64,000 bases of DNA from an uncultured Lachnobacterium sp. (lineage in GTDB: Bacteria > Bacillota > Clostridia > Lachnospirales > Lachnospiraceae): the NCBI GenBank assembly GCA_964393435.1, contig CAYMTP010000001.1, forward strand, positions 247 to 64,246, given 5' to 3'. Numbering within the stretch: the first letter of the stretch is position 1; each line of letters opens with the position of its first letter. Of the stretch, positions 40,752 through 49,465 are shown one piece after another. A program made the position numbers and the translations under genes. The notes under the pieces were generated by a model. That model had not been told where the DNA came from. It ran no database searches and saw nothing but the letters and a program-made list of their open reading frames with translations.

Positions 40752-41618
40752 TTATGCTTCCTCCCCAAAACAATAAAGATATGCATCCTCCAAGTTTGGT
40801 GTTACCTGCATCGCTGAAGAAAATGGACACTCCTCTGCCACCATTCGCAGCTCTACCATTTCTCCACTTATCTTGATATTTACAATAATACCATTATCCT
40901 TTAATTGATTCGCTTCCGTCTGTGATACACAGCCACTCCACACTTTTCCTTCTGCTAAAGCTGCAATTTCTTCCGTAGTACCGTTCTTTATCAACTGTCC
41001 CTCCTTCATAAGCAGGATTTCATTGGCAATACTCTCCACATCACTCACAATATGGGTAGATAAGATAACGATTCTATCTGCTGAAATCTCGCTAATCAGG
41101 TTGCGGAATCGAATTCGTTCCTTAGGGTCCAATCCCGCCGTTGGCTCATCCAGAATCAATATCATTGGGTCATTCAAAAGTGCCTGGGCGATTCCAAGCC
41201 GCCTTACCATACCGCCAGAGAAAGTTTTCACCTTCTGTTTCTCGTTATCTGCTAAACCCACCACTTGCAACAATTCTTTTGTCTTATCTTTTGCAGCACT
41301 TTTTTCAATACCTTTTACAGCAGCTAAATACAGCATAAAATCCTCTGCGGTAAAATCAGGATAGAAACCAAAGTTTTGTGGCAAATAGCCTAGTAAATCT
41401 CTATATTCTTCGCCTAAATCATAAATGGATGTCCCATCCAATGTAATATCACCAGCTGTTGGCTGCAATAAATCCGCCAGCATACGAAGTAGTGTGGTTT
41501 TTCCCGCACCATTGGCACCTAACAATCCATACACTCCACTTTTTAAAGTCACGGAAAGACGCTCTACTGCTATCTTCTTTCCATACTGCTTTGTTAATCG
41601 GTCCATCCTAAGTTCCAT
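40752..41618 (-). CDS. ABC transporter ATP-binding protein
   Basis: GANGAGKTT, FSGGM, ILDEPTAGLD, STH. Confidence 0.95.
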   Translation of the reverse strand: MELRMDRLTKQYGKKIAVERLSVTLKSGVYGLLGANGAGKTTLLRMLADLLQPTAGDITLDGTSIYDLGEEYRDLLGYLPQNFGFYPDFTAEDFMLYLAAVKGIEKSAAKDKTKELLQVVGLADNEKQKVKTFSGGMVRRLGIAQALLNDPMILILDEPTAGLDPKERIRFRNLISEISADRIVILSTHIVSDVESIANEILLMKEGQLIKNGTTEEIAALAEGKVWSGCVSQTEANQLKDNGIIVNIKISGEMVELRMVAEECPFSSAMQVTPNLEDAYLYCFGEEA

Positions 41619-42367
41619 TTTTCTTCCTCACTTTCAAAAGATACTTTTTTGACATATCCATATAACACCATTGTGCTAATCCCAATTAATGCCATTGTTA
41701 TCAAAAGTAATGCCATGCTATTTATTGCTTCCATCCAAATCACCGCCTTTTTCCACGACAAAAAAATCAACATTATTCCCGTCCAGCCTGCTACAGAAAA
41801 AACACCTGTCTTTACTGAGGATTTCCCAAACCACAAAAAACAACTAGCCGCAATCTCAAAGGATATGAGAGAAAAAAGCAAACCATTCATAGAAAAACTT
41901 TTGAGACTTACACTACTGAACAACCAAATCAAAGAAAGCATTATAATTGCCAACGCTTGGTTGATTATAGTTCTTACAGCTAAAATTTTCGCCAAACTAA
42001 ACTTAGAAGCAGTTTCTAATTCCAGCATTTTATTTCGCTTGCTTTTTGCAATAGAGAGCATAATTGGCACGACCAAAAATGGTGCTCCCCCTACCATTAT
42101 TTCGAAAAAATTATCCGTCTTTGATAAAAATCTAGAAAGTTGTAATATCAGCATTACCACAAGAGAAAGTAGAAAGGATACAGCAATTTCCCTTCTCATA
42201 AATTTCAGTTGAGTCTCTATAAAAAACCAAAGCGTATCATCACGTCTTACTTTCTTTATCTGCACTGCCTGTTTTGACTGCTGGATACATTTTGTAATCT
42301 GTGCTTCGTCTGGTTGTGCTATCTCATATGTGTTAAGGAGTTCTGTTAAATTGACATCACTCTTCAT
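41594..42367 (-). CDS. Membrane protein, probable anti-sigma or permease subunit
   Basis: About six TMs; overlaps the end of the ECF sigma gene. Confidence 0.65.
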   Translation of the reverse strand: MKSDVNLTELLNTYEIAQPDEAQITKCIQQSKQAVQIKKVRRDDTLWFFIETQLKFMRREIAVSFLLSLVVMLILQLSRFLSKTDNFFEIMVGGAPFLVVPIMLSIAKSKRNKMLELETASKFSLAKILAVRTIINQALAIIMLSLIWLFSSVSLKSFSMNGLLFSLISFEIAASCFLWFGKSSVKTGVFSVAGWTGIMLIFLSWKKAVIWMEAINSMALLLITMALIGISTMVLYGYVKKVSFESEEEKWNLGWTD

Positions 42368-42893
42368 ACTCCACCTCCAATATTTTCTTTAAACTATCCA
42401 TACCTCTACGATAACGGGTTTTTACCGTAGACAAGTTGCTATTCGTAATTCTCGCAATATCTCCAAAAGGCAAATCATGATAAAATCGCAGGATAATTAC
42501 CTCTCTTTGATATGGTGACAACGTTTGCAAAGCGGCTTTTACCCTCTCTTTATCTTCCTTTTTCTCTGCAATCTCCCAAGGGGTTAGTTCGGTATCTTGC
42601 AACTTTACTGTCTCGTCAAGGGGAAGTGTAGGCTTATTTTTTCTAAATATATCATTCGAAGCATTTGTCGCTAATTTGAAAAGATAATTCCTTAGTTTTC
42701 CTCGCTCTTGATAGGTGTGCAGGTTGGCAAAGAATTTTGCAAATACCTCTTGGGTAACATCTTGTGCATCAATTTCGCTGCCTAACTTTCTACACAGATA
42801 ACTATAGATTTCTCCATAATAGGTAGACACAATATATTCTATCTGTTCGATATCTCCATTCTTTAGTTTTTCTATCCTGTCTTTCTCTCGCAA
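42357..42893 (-). CDS. ECF RNA polymerase sigma factor
   Basis: DAQDVTQEVF (region 2); QREVIILRF...IA...TVKTR (region 4). Confidence 0.93.
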   Translation of the reverse strand: MREKDRIEKLKNGDIEQIEYIVSTYYGEIYSYLCRKLGSEIDAQDVTQEVFAKFFANLHTYQERGKLRNYLFKLATNASNDIFRKNKPTLPLDETVKLQDTELTPWEIAEKKEDKERVKAALQTLSPYQREVIILRFYHDLPFGDIARITNSNLSTVKTRYRRGMDSLKKILEVEYEE

Positions 42894-42917
42894 ATTCTCA
42901 CCGCCTTCATATATATA

Positions 42918-42944
42918 AACGCCGATTAGGCAAAAAAAGTTTCA
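42918..42944 (-). promoter_or_regulatory. Autoregulatory ECF (SigW-like) promoter
   Basis: Minus strand TGAAAC-N17-CGTT just upstream of the ECF gene. Confidence 0.7.
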
Positions 42945-42956
42945 CCATTTTATAAA

Positions 42957-42984
42957 AAAAGTGGACACGTTTTCGTGCCCACTT
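42957..42984 (-). terminator. Terminator of the membrane MCP
   Basis: AAGTGG(A/G)CACG stem plus T run on the minus strand. Confidence 0.7.
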
Positions 42985-43000
42985 AAATTCTATTATTTTA

Positions 43001-44764
43001 TTAGTTCAATTTAAATCTATTTACTTCACTATCCAATCCATTTGCAATATCTAAGTTCGAGTTCGCCTCAAGCCCAATATCATCCACGCTTGTGGTGATG
43101 TTTACGGTAGCTTCGGATACGCTGGTGATACCTCTCGCACTTTCTTCAATTGCAATGTTTACTGCATTTACAGAATCACGAATGGATTCTACATTTATTT
43201 TCAGGTTTTCACTAGATGCAGCAAATTCCGTCATCATCTGATTCATATTGCCTACGTCATTCTGGTAATCCTTGCTGGTTACAAGAAGTTTTTCATAGCC
43301 TGTCATAGCAGTTTCGTCCATGAACTGAATCATCTTTTCTGCTTCTGCTGCAAGTTCGTTTACGGCATCGATTACCTGTTTACTTACCACCTGAATTTCT
43401 GCAGCTGCTTCTGCTGAGTTGGTAGCGAGTTTTCCAATTTCATCTGCTACTACCGCAAAGCCTCGACCTGCTTCTCCTGCTCTTGCAGCTTCAATCGAAG
43501 CGTTAAGGGAAAGAAGATTTGTCTGACTTGTGATACTGATAATATTATCTGTCAAAGCACTGATGGTTTCTACTGCTTTGGACTTCTCTATCTTTTGGTT
43601 TACCGCACAAGACATTTCCTCTGCAAGACGTTTTGCTTCTTCCTGTTCTGCAATGGCATTCTGATATACCGCTGCAGCTTTTGTCATGATATCATCAGAA
43701 GAATCTTTTCCATTCTCTGCACAACCATTGATATTTTCGATTTCATTTGAAATATCCATGATGGATTCGTTAATTTCAGCAAGTGCAGCACTAGTCTCTT
43801 CCATACCCGCACTCATTTCTTCCATAGTAGCCGACACATCAGTAATGCTTTCCTGAGCTGCTGTTAAGTTGGAAACCACCAGCTTAGAAGAACTATTTAA
43901 CTGTGTCGAACCACCTGCGATGTTAATCATAATACCACGAATGTATTCCAACATAGCATTTACATTATTGGCAATCAACTCTAATTCATCACCAGACTTA
44001 ATTTCTAGTTTCTGAGTTAAATCACCTTCATTATTTACCAAATCATAAAGCTTAGCATTAACATCATTTAAGCCCTTCATAATCCTGCGAATGATAAAAA
44101 TAATCACTATTATACTCACAGCGATTCCCTCGAGGGTAAGCATAATGGTTTTATGCTGGCTATCGTCTAACTCCTGCACAATCGTACTAGCATCATAATC
44201 ACAGCCTAAAACTGCTACTACAGAACCATCCTCTGCTTTAATTGGTACATATGAAGTAAGGAGTGCTTCTCCGTCATAATTGTCGATTTCTTCCTCTACA
44301 TATTCCTCACCATTAAATACGGAAGCTAATTCCGACAAACTTACTTCAAACTCTTCTCCAACGGCACAGAAATTTTCTGAGGTATCTGCATCCACACCAT
44401 AGTAGACTTTGCTACCGTCTGTATACAATGTGTAAATATATAACACATTTCCCTTTTCCTGAACCTCAATCAGTATTTCCTTCTGAGATTTGTACAAATC
44501 GGTCTCTTCCATACCAGGCTCTGTAATCTGGGCAAGAATCTCTGCATCCAGATTTGCTTCCGTAAGCTTTGCTACGGTTAGTGCCTGTATCTGTCCCATG
44601 GATATCATTTCTTCTTGCAATGTATTATAAGCAAACAGACCCAGTAACATACACAATGCCAAAATAACTGCATTTACTGGAACTAAAAATTTCCACCAGA
44701 TACTAATTTTTCGAACCTTCTGCTTAAACTTTTTTTGTGTTCCTTCTGACTTTTTTATTCCCAT
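43001..44764 (-). CDS. Methyl-accepting chemotaxis protein (TM-Cache-TM-HAMP-MA)
   Basis: Two TMs, EGDLTQ...[35 protein letters not shown]. Confidence 0.93.
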   Translation of the reverse strand: MGIKKSEGTQKKFKQKVRKISIWWKFLVPVNAVILALCMLLGLFAYNTLQEEMISMGQIQALTVAKLTEANLDAEILAQITEPGMEETDLYKSQKEILIEVQEKGNVLYIYTLYTDGSKVYYGVDADTSENFCAVGEEFEVSLSELASVFNGEEYVEEEIDNYDGEALLTSYVPIKAEDGSVVAVLGCDYDASTIVQELDDSQHKTIMLTLEGIAVSIIVIIFIIRRIMKGLNDVNAKLYDLVNNEGDLTQKLEIKSGDELELIANNVNAMLEYIRGIMINIAGGSTQLNSSSKLVVSNLTAAQESITDVSATMEEMSAGMEETSAALAEINESIMDISNEIENINGCAENGKDSSDDIMTKAAAVYQNAIAEQEEAKRLAEEMSCAVNQKIEKSKAVETISALTDNIISITSQTNLLSLNASIEAARAGEAGRGFAVVADEIGKLATNSAEAAAEIQVVSKQVIDAVNELAAEAEKMIQFMDETAMTGYEKLLVTSKDYQNDVGNMNQMMTEFAASSENLKINVESIRDSVNAVNIAIEESARGITSVSEATVNITTSVDDIGLEANSNLDIANGLDSEVNRFKLN

Positions 44765-44890
44765 GATTTTCCCTCTTTTCTTATGCAAAAAGTCACAATA
44801 CTACATATAGTATGATTCTAGCAGAAAGTTAATATTTTCACAATAGGTTGTGTATATTTTTATCTTATAAACTATCAAAACTTTACCACT

Positions 44891-45631
44891 CTATAACTGC
44901 TTTCGCAGAGTCAGCAGAATCTTTTTTTCCAGTCGTGAAACCGCCACCTGGTTCATCCCCAAAACTTTCGCACTTTCACTCTGTGTTTTTCCTTCCATAT
45001 AGCGGAGCTCTATCAGCCTCCTATCTTTTTCCTCCAGGCTGTCTAGCATTTGTACTACAGTAATGCGGTTAATCATTTCTGTTTCACTTTTCTTGGAGTC
45101 CTCCAACTGGTCCGCTAATATCATTGGATGTCCATCGCTTCCATTCCCAATCGGCTGATAAATAGACTCTACCTCTGTAGTGGCCTCAATTGCCATCAAT
45201 ATTTCATCTGCGGAAAGCCCTGTCGCATGCACCAGTTCCTCTATTGTGGGGTCACAGTTGTTGTTCTTTTTTAATTCTTCTTTTACGATTGCAATTTTTC
45301 TAGCATTATCCTTGATTTGCCGACTCACATGAAGCATTCCATCATCTCTCATAAAGCGACGAATTTCCCCAATAATCATAGGAACTGCATAGGTAGAAAA
45401 AGACAGCTCTCGATCTAGGTCAAATTTATCAATCGCCTTTAGCAGACCAATCACTCCAATCTGAAACAAATCCTCCTGCTCATAACCACGATTACTAAAT
45501 CGCTTTAAGACCATATAAATCAAACCGATATTTGCCGTCACTAGGGCGTCCCTTTCTGCTTTATCTCCTTCCTGTGCTTTTTGAATGGAAAGTCTCCAAC
45601 CTTCCTCCTTGGTACATAAGCTACTGCTCAT
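44891..45631 (-). CDS. sigF: Sporulation sigma factor F
   Basis: DLFQIG-IGL-KAIDKFD, FSTYAVPMIIGEIRRF-RDDG, QVAVSRLEKKIL; third gene of the spoIIA operon. Confidence 0.9.
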   Translation of the reverse strand: MSSSLCTKEEGWRLSIQKAQEGDKAERDALVTANIGLIYMVLKRFSNRGYEQEDLFQIGVIGLLKAIDKFDLDRELSFSTYAVPMIIGEIRRFMRDDGMLHVSRQIKDNARKIAIVKEELKKNNNCDPTIEELVHATGLSADEILMAIEATTEVESIYQPIGNGSDGHPMILADQLEDSKKSETEMINRITVVQMLDSLEEKDRRLIELRYMEGKTQSESAKVLGMNQVAVSRLEKKILLTLRKQL

Positions 45632-46076
45632 TGCCCTCGCTTGTTATGTACTTCGTCATTGTCACCTGTGTGCCTTTTCCAATTTCAGAAAAAACCTCTA
45701 CCTCATCCATAAAGGTTTCCATAAAAGCAAAACCCATTCCAGAACGTTCCATATCTGGCTTCGTGGTAAAAAATGGCTGCCGTGCCTCTTCTACATCTTC
45801 CATTCCAACACCATCATCCTTTACGATAACAATCAATTTCTGTCCTTCTCTTATACAGGTCATTTCTACCTGTTTCCCATTTTCCTCATTATATCCATGA
45901 ATAATAGCATTCGTCACTGCCTCCGAAACTGCTGTTTTTACGTCCTGGAGCTCGTCCATGGTTGGGTTCATGTCCATCATAAACCCCATAACTACCATAC
46001 GAGCAAACCCTTCATTCATAGAACATGCATCAAAAGATACCTTTGCGAGATTTCTCTTCTTATCATTCATCTCCAT
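45621..46076 (-). CDS. spoIIAB: Anti-sigma F factor SpoIIAB
   Basis: NEGFAR, KTAVSEAVTNAIIHGY, PFFTTKP-MERSGMGF. Confidence 0.95.
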   Translation of the reverse strand: MEMNDKKRNLAKVSFDACSMNEGFARMVVMGFMMDMNPTMDELQDVKTAVSEAVTNAIIHGYNEENGKQVEMTCIREGQKLIVIVKDDGVGMEDVEEARQPFFTTKPDMERSGMGFAFMETFMDEVEVFSEIGKGTQVTMTKYITSEGNEQ

Positions 46077-46405
46077 TACGCTTCCCCTTTCTTTACTTCC
46101 ACAATTTTCTGCAATCCAACGGATTGAAACACCATATCTACACGTCTGCTTAGGTTGGACGCAGTTAATTTTCCACCACGAAACTTCATGTTTTTACTTC
46201 TCCCAATAACGACTCCGATTCCTGAGCTATCCATAAACTCCGTTTTTTCAAAATTCAGTTCCAGTTCCTGAATTGAAAAAGACTCCACAAGCATATCTAG
46301 TTCTTTGCATAATAGCTGTGACACATGGTGATCCAGTTCCTTGGGCATATAATAAATAAGGGCATGTCCTTTCACCTCATATTTCTTCTCATACAGATTT
46401 TCCAT
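46076..46405 (-). CDS. spoIIAA: Anti-anti-sigma F factor SpoIIAA
   Basis: ELDHH and FMDSSGIGVVIGR (STAS domain). Confidence 0.93.
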   Translation of the reverse strand: MENLYEKKYEVKGHALIYYMPKELDHHVSQLLCKELDMLVESFSIQELELNFEKTEFMDSSGIGVVIGRSKNMKFRGGKLTASNLSRRVDMVFQSVGLQKIVEVKKGEA

Positions 46406-46415
46406 AAAACCTCCT

Positions 46416-46449
46416 AAAAAAAAGACACAAGAAAACTCTTGTGTCTTTC
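46416..46449 (-). terminator. Terminator-like hairpin between the TPR gene and spoIIAA
   Basis: AAAGACACAAGA/TCTTGTGTCTTT stem followed by a T run on the minus strand. Confidence 0.65.
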
Positions 46450-46461
46450 GTAATACATTTA

Positions 46462-47826
46462 TTAATTTGCATTTATATAGTTTCTCGAAGTAGTAGCCAT
46501 TTCCGTACCAGGGTAATTATCAATGATATACTGATAATATGGTCTGGCAGATTCTAAGTCACCACTCCTTTGATAAGACTGTGCCAAATAATAGGTCGCA
46601 TATCCATTGCGATACGCTGGGTCCTTGTTTACTACGCGAAGCAATTTATCGATTGCATCAGGGAAATTCTCGCCAGTGTAGCTAGCATATCCTGCATTAA
46701 ACAAGGCTTCATAATATTTGTCCGAAACAGATGTCCATACATTGTTGTAAATTTCCAATGCATTCTCTGATAACTGTGTAGTGTCGACAGACTCTAAATT
46801 CGTGCCAGCGGTAAGAATATCATTGCCTAAAAAAGCTACATATCCTGACAACAAAGCTTCATATGCCGCTGTTTGTGCTGGCATAGCCCCCGCCTGCCCC
46901 TGCAAAGTTGCAATCTGTGCTTCCAGCTCTGCAATTTTCTCAGTCTGCATCTGAATCTGCTGTGCGTTGGAGCTTAACGCATCATTCGCCTGTAGCATCT
47001 GTTCTTTTAATTCCTGCTTTGCCTTATTTTGAATTCCTGGCACCACCAAGAATCCAATCGCCAAAGCACCAACAACCAAACCAATTAATAGATATCCTAA
47101 GGTAGACCCTAATGAGTAATCCTGAAAACGACTTGGCATAATAATCATTTCATTGCCACTCTGGTAAGAAATTAAATCCTCTTCTTTTTTCTTTCTAAGG
47201 CTGCCTTTTTCTCTCAATTTGGCATTTACTTCTTTCAAATATCGAAGTGTAATGGTATTATTTGCGTCTATTTTTCCTGCACTGCGAAGTGTTTTCTTCG
47301 CCTGCTCCAACCTATCCTCCTGCAAATACAAAAGTGCAAGCAACTGATGTCCTCTTACCAACTTCGGATTCAAGGATAATACCTTCTTCAACTGGATAAT
47401 TGCTAAATCTCTACTATCCTGTTTACAGTACAAAAGTGCCTGATTATACTTTTTAATGGTCTGATTTATCGCATCCAACTGTGCACGATTCTCGCGAAGT
47501 TCCTCTAAATAACGCCCAGCAATATTATCATCCTGTTGATAGCTTTTGCTGATGACCCACTCACTCAGTGCGTCAACTACTTCACCCATTTCATAATAAA
47601 TCAAACCCAAAAGGTTTCTGGCATCTATATTATATTTATTAAATTTCAAACTTTTCTTTAAGCTGATAATAGCTCCAGACAGGTTGCGCACTTCCGCCTT
47701 TTGTAGTCCATCATTATAATACATATTGGACATACGTTTGATTTTGAGAAAAATACTCAAATCCGTGCCACATACAGGGCACACGGCTGCATTCCCTGCC
47801 TCGTGATTACATCTATAACAAATCAT
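46462..47826 (-). CDS. TPR-repeat membrane protein with N-terminal zinc ribbon
   Basis: CYRC...CPVCG, TPR repeats, central TM, coiled-coil and C-terminal TPR (IIDNYPGT). Confidence 0.85.
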   Translation of the reverse strand: MICYRCNHEAGNAAVCPVCGTDLSIFLKIKRMSNMYYNDGLQKAEVRNLSGAIISLKKSLKFNKYNIDARNLLGLIYYEMGEVVDALSEWVISKSYQQDDNIAGRYLEELRENRAQLDAINQTIKKYNQALLYCKQDSRDLAIIQLKKVLSLNPKLVRGHQLLALLYLQEDRLEQAKKTLRSAGKIDANNTITLRYLKEVNAKLREKGSLRKKKEEDLISYQSGNEMIIMPSRFQDYSLGSTLGYLLIGLVVGALAIGFLVVPGIQNKAKQELKEQMLQANDALSSNAQQIQMQTEKIAELEAQIATLQGQAGAMPAQTAAYEALLSGYVAFLGNDILTAGTNLESVDTTQLSENALEIYNNVWTSVSDKYYEALFNAGYASYTGENFPDAIDKLLRVVNKDPAYRNGYATYYLAQSYQRSGDLESARPYYQYIIDNYPGTEMATTSRNYINAN

Positions 47827-47840
47827 GAAATACCTCGATT

Positions 47841-47990
47841 CTAAAACTGGTTACCAGATTTCATGTCACGAATCATTTCTGTGATAATATCCGTAACATC
47901 TGTCAAATCACGATTATATATGGTTGCCTCCGCTTCTTCTACTTCTAAAGAAGGCTGGAAGTTCTTTAATTCTTCTTCAAAGTTAATCAT
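47841..47990 (-). CDS. Small acidic hypothetical protein (49 aa; absent from the ORF track)
   Basis: MINFEEELKNFQPSLEVEEAEATIYNRDLTDVTDIITEMIRDMKSGNQF*; RBS GAGGT; fills the operon gap. Confidence 0.7.
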   Translation of the reverse strand: MINFEEELKNFQPSLEVEEAEATIYNRDLTDVTDIITEMIRDMKSGNQF

Positions 47991-48014
47991 TTATTATTAC
48001 CTCACTAAAACACA

Positions 48015-49415
48015 CTACACAAGTTCATCCTTCATAGAGAACATAACTATTCTGCCATCTCTTTCAAAAAAAGCTACCGATGTCTGCTGCTCTTTTACCT
48101 GATGCAGAGCATCATTAATACCAATTATTACACCTGTATATACATCCTGAATTACATTAATGGACGCTCCCTGTGCACACTCTACAACTGTATTCATTTC
48201 ATTCAACTGCTGTGTATGAGACGCCACTTCTGCCTGTTTCACAATCTTTGTACGAAGCAGAGAAGCCTTTCTTGGATCGTTTGGAGGAATATCTGCACCT
48301 GCGCTAATGGCATCATCTAACTGCTTAATTCCAATTCCAATCTTATCAATCATATCCTGTGCTTCTATAATACAATTTTCATGGTATGTAATCTGCTTCT
48401 TTACCTCAAAGTTTACACCTGCGTAAATTTCAGTTTTTACACCATATTCGTTACCAAAGTTAAACGCTTCTACACCTGTAGCAGCATGAACAGTTCCTCC
48501 TACGATACTTGCATGTTTCCCTTTTAAAAACACTTTATCATAAGAGGTAATATTGCAGTTAATCAAGGAATCTGTCGTTATTGAACCATGGGCCTTTACT
48601 TTGGTGTACTCAAGGAATTTTGCAATTAAATTTCCTTTTGTTATGATGATTCCTCTACCCGCACCCAGCATACCGCCACGAATGATAACATCCTTATGTG
48701 CATCTATCAAAGCACCTTCTACCGTACCATCAATCGTAACAGAACCAGTCGCACGAATAATCGCACCAGTAGGAACATTTCCATGAATAATAACATCTCC
48801 TCGGAAATCAATATTTCCAGTTTTAAGCCCTACATCACCATGCACTTCATGTACATCCGAAATCAAAATGCGATTATTTTTCATTTCGATTTTGCCATTC
48901 ATCGTAGAGGTATAGCTTTTATTATCTTCAGATCTTACAAAGCCTTTTCCCGTAAGCGGTGGAAGTGGTCTGCCTCTCTTCGCAATCAAAAGCTTGCCTT
49001 TAACGGTCATACCATTCGAACCATCCACAGGTTCATTATATGTGGCAATCACCTGTCCTTCTTCTACCAGCTCGATAGAATGAATACTCCAATAATCTAC
49101 CGTACCATCTTCGCGTCGACTTGGCACTTTATTGAAGTTGGTATCAAAATTGAAATCAAAGTACGCATCAACGCCATTTACGGCGTCGATGCCCTTTGCT
49201 ATCATACATTCACGATCAAAATATCGTTCATTAATCATTGCAGAGATTTTGGTTTCGTTAATACCGATTTTTACACCTGCAGCGTGTACCTTATCCAGAA
49301 TGTCATTAAATTCATAGTCTTCATCTGGTGTCAAAGGCGTCGGAAGTAACAAATAAGCTTCCATCTCATCATATGAAATTCTAATCTTCGGTTCCCTTTT
49401 TAATACGATTTCCAT
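48015..49415 (-). CDS. DUF342 / FapA family protein
   Basis: DG-VDY, V-EGQVIA, GDVGLKTGNIDF-GDV-I-GNV beta-helix repeats. Confidence 0.85.
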   Translation of the reverse strand: MEIVLKREPKIRISYDEMEAYLLLPTPLTPDEDYEFNDILDKVHAAGVKIGINETKISAMINERYFDRECMIAKGIDAVNGVDAYFDFNFDTNFNKVPSRREDGTVDYWSIHSIELVEEGQVIATYNEPVDGSNGMTVKGKLLIAKRGRPLPPLTGKGFVRSEDNKSYTSTMNGKIEMKNNRILISDVHEVHGDVGLKTGNIDFRGDVIIHGNVPTGAIIRATGSVTIDGTVEGALIDAHKDVIIRGGMLGAGRGIIITKGNLIAKFLEYTKVKAHGSITTDSLINCNITSYDKVFLKGKHASIVGGTVHAATGVEAFNFGNEYGVKTEIYAGVNFEVKKQITYHENCIIEAQDMIDKIGIGIKQLDDAISAGADIPPNDPRKASLLRTKIVKQAEVASHTQQLNEMNTVVECAQGASINVIQDVYTGVIIGINDALHQVKEQQTSVAFFERDGRIVMFSMKDELV

Positions 49416-49465
49416 TCTCTCTCCAATAATTTGTGCATTATATAACAAAATTATAGCATTATATA

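Noticed and set aside
46416..46449. AGACACAA/TTGTGTCT hairpin as a fifth copy of the 37-bp unit
   Set aside because: The arms are in the opposite order with a short loop and a T tail, which fits an ordinary terminator.
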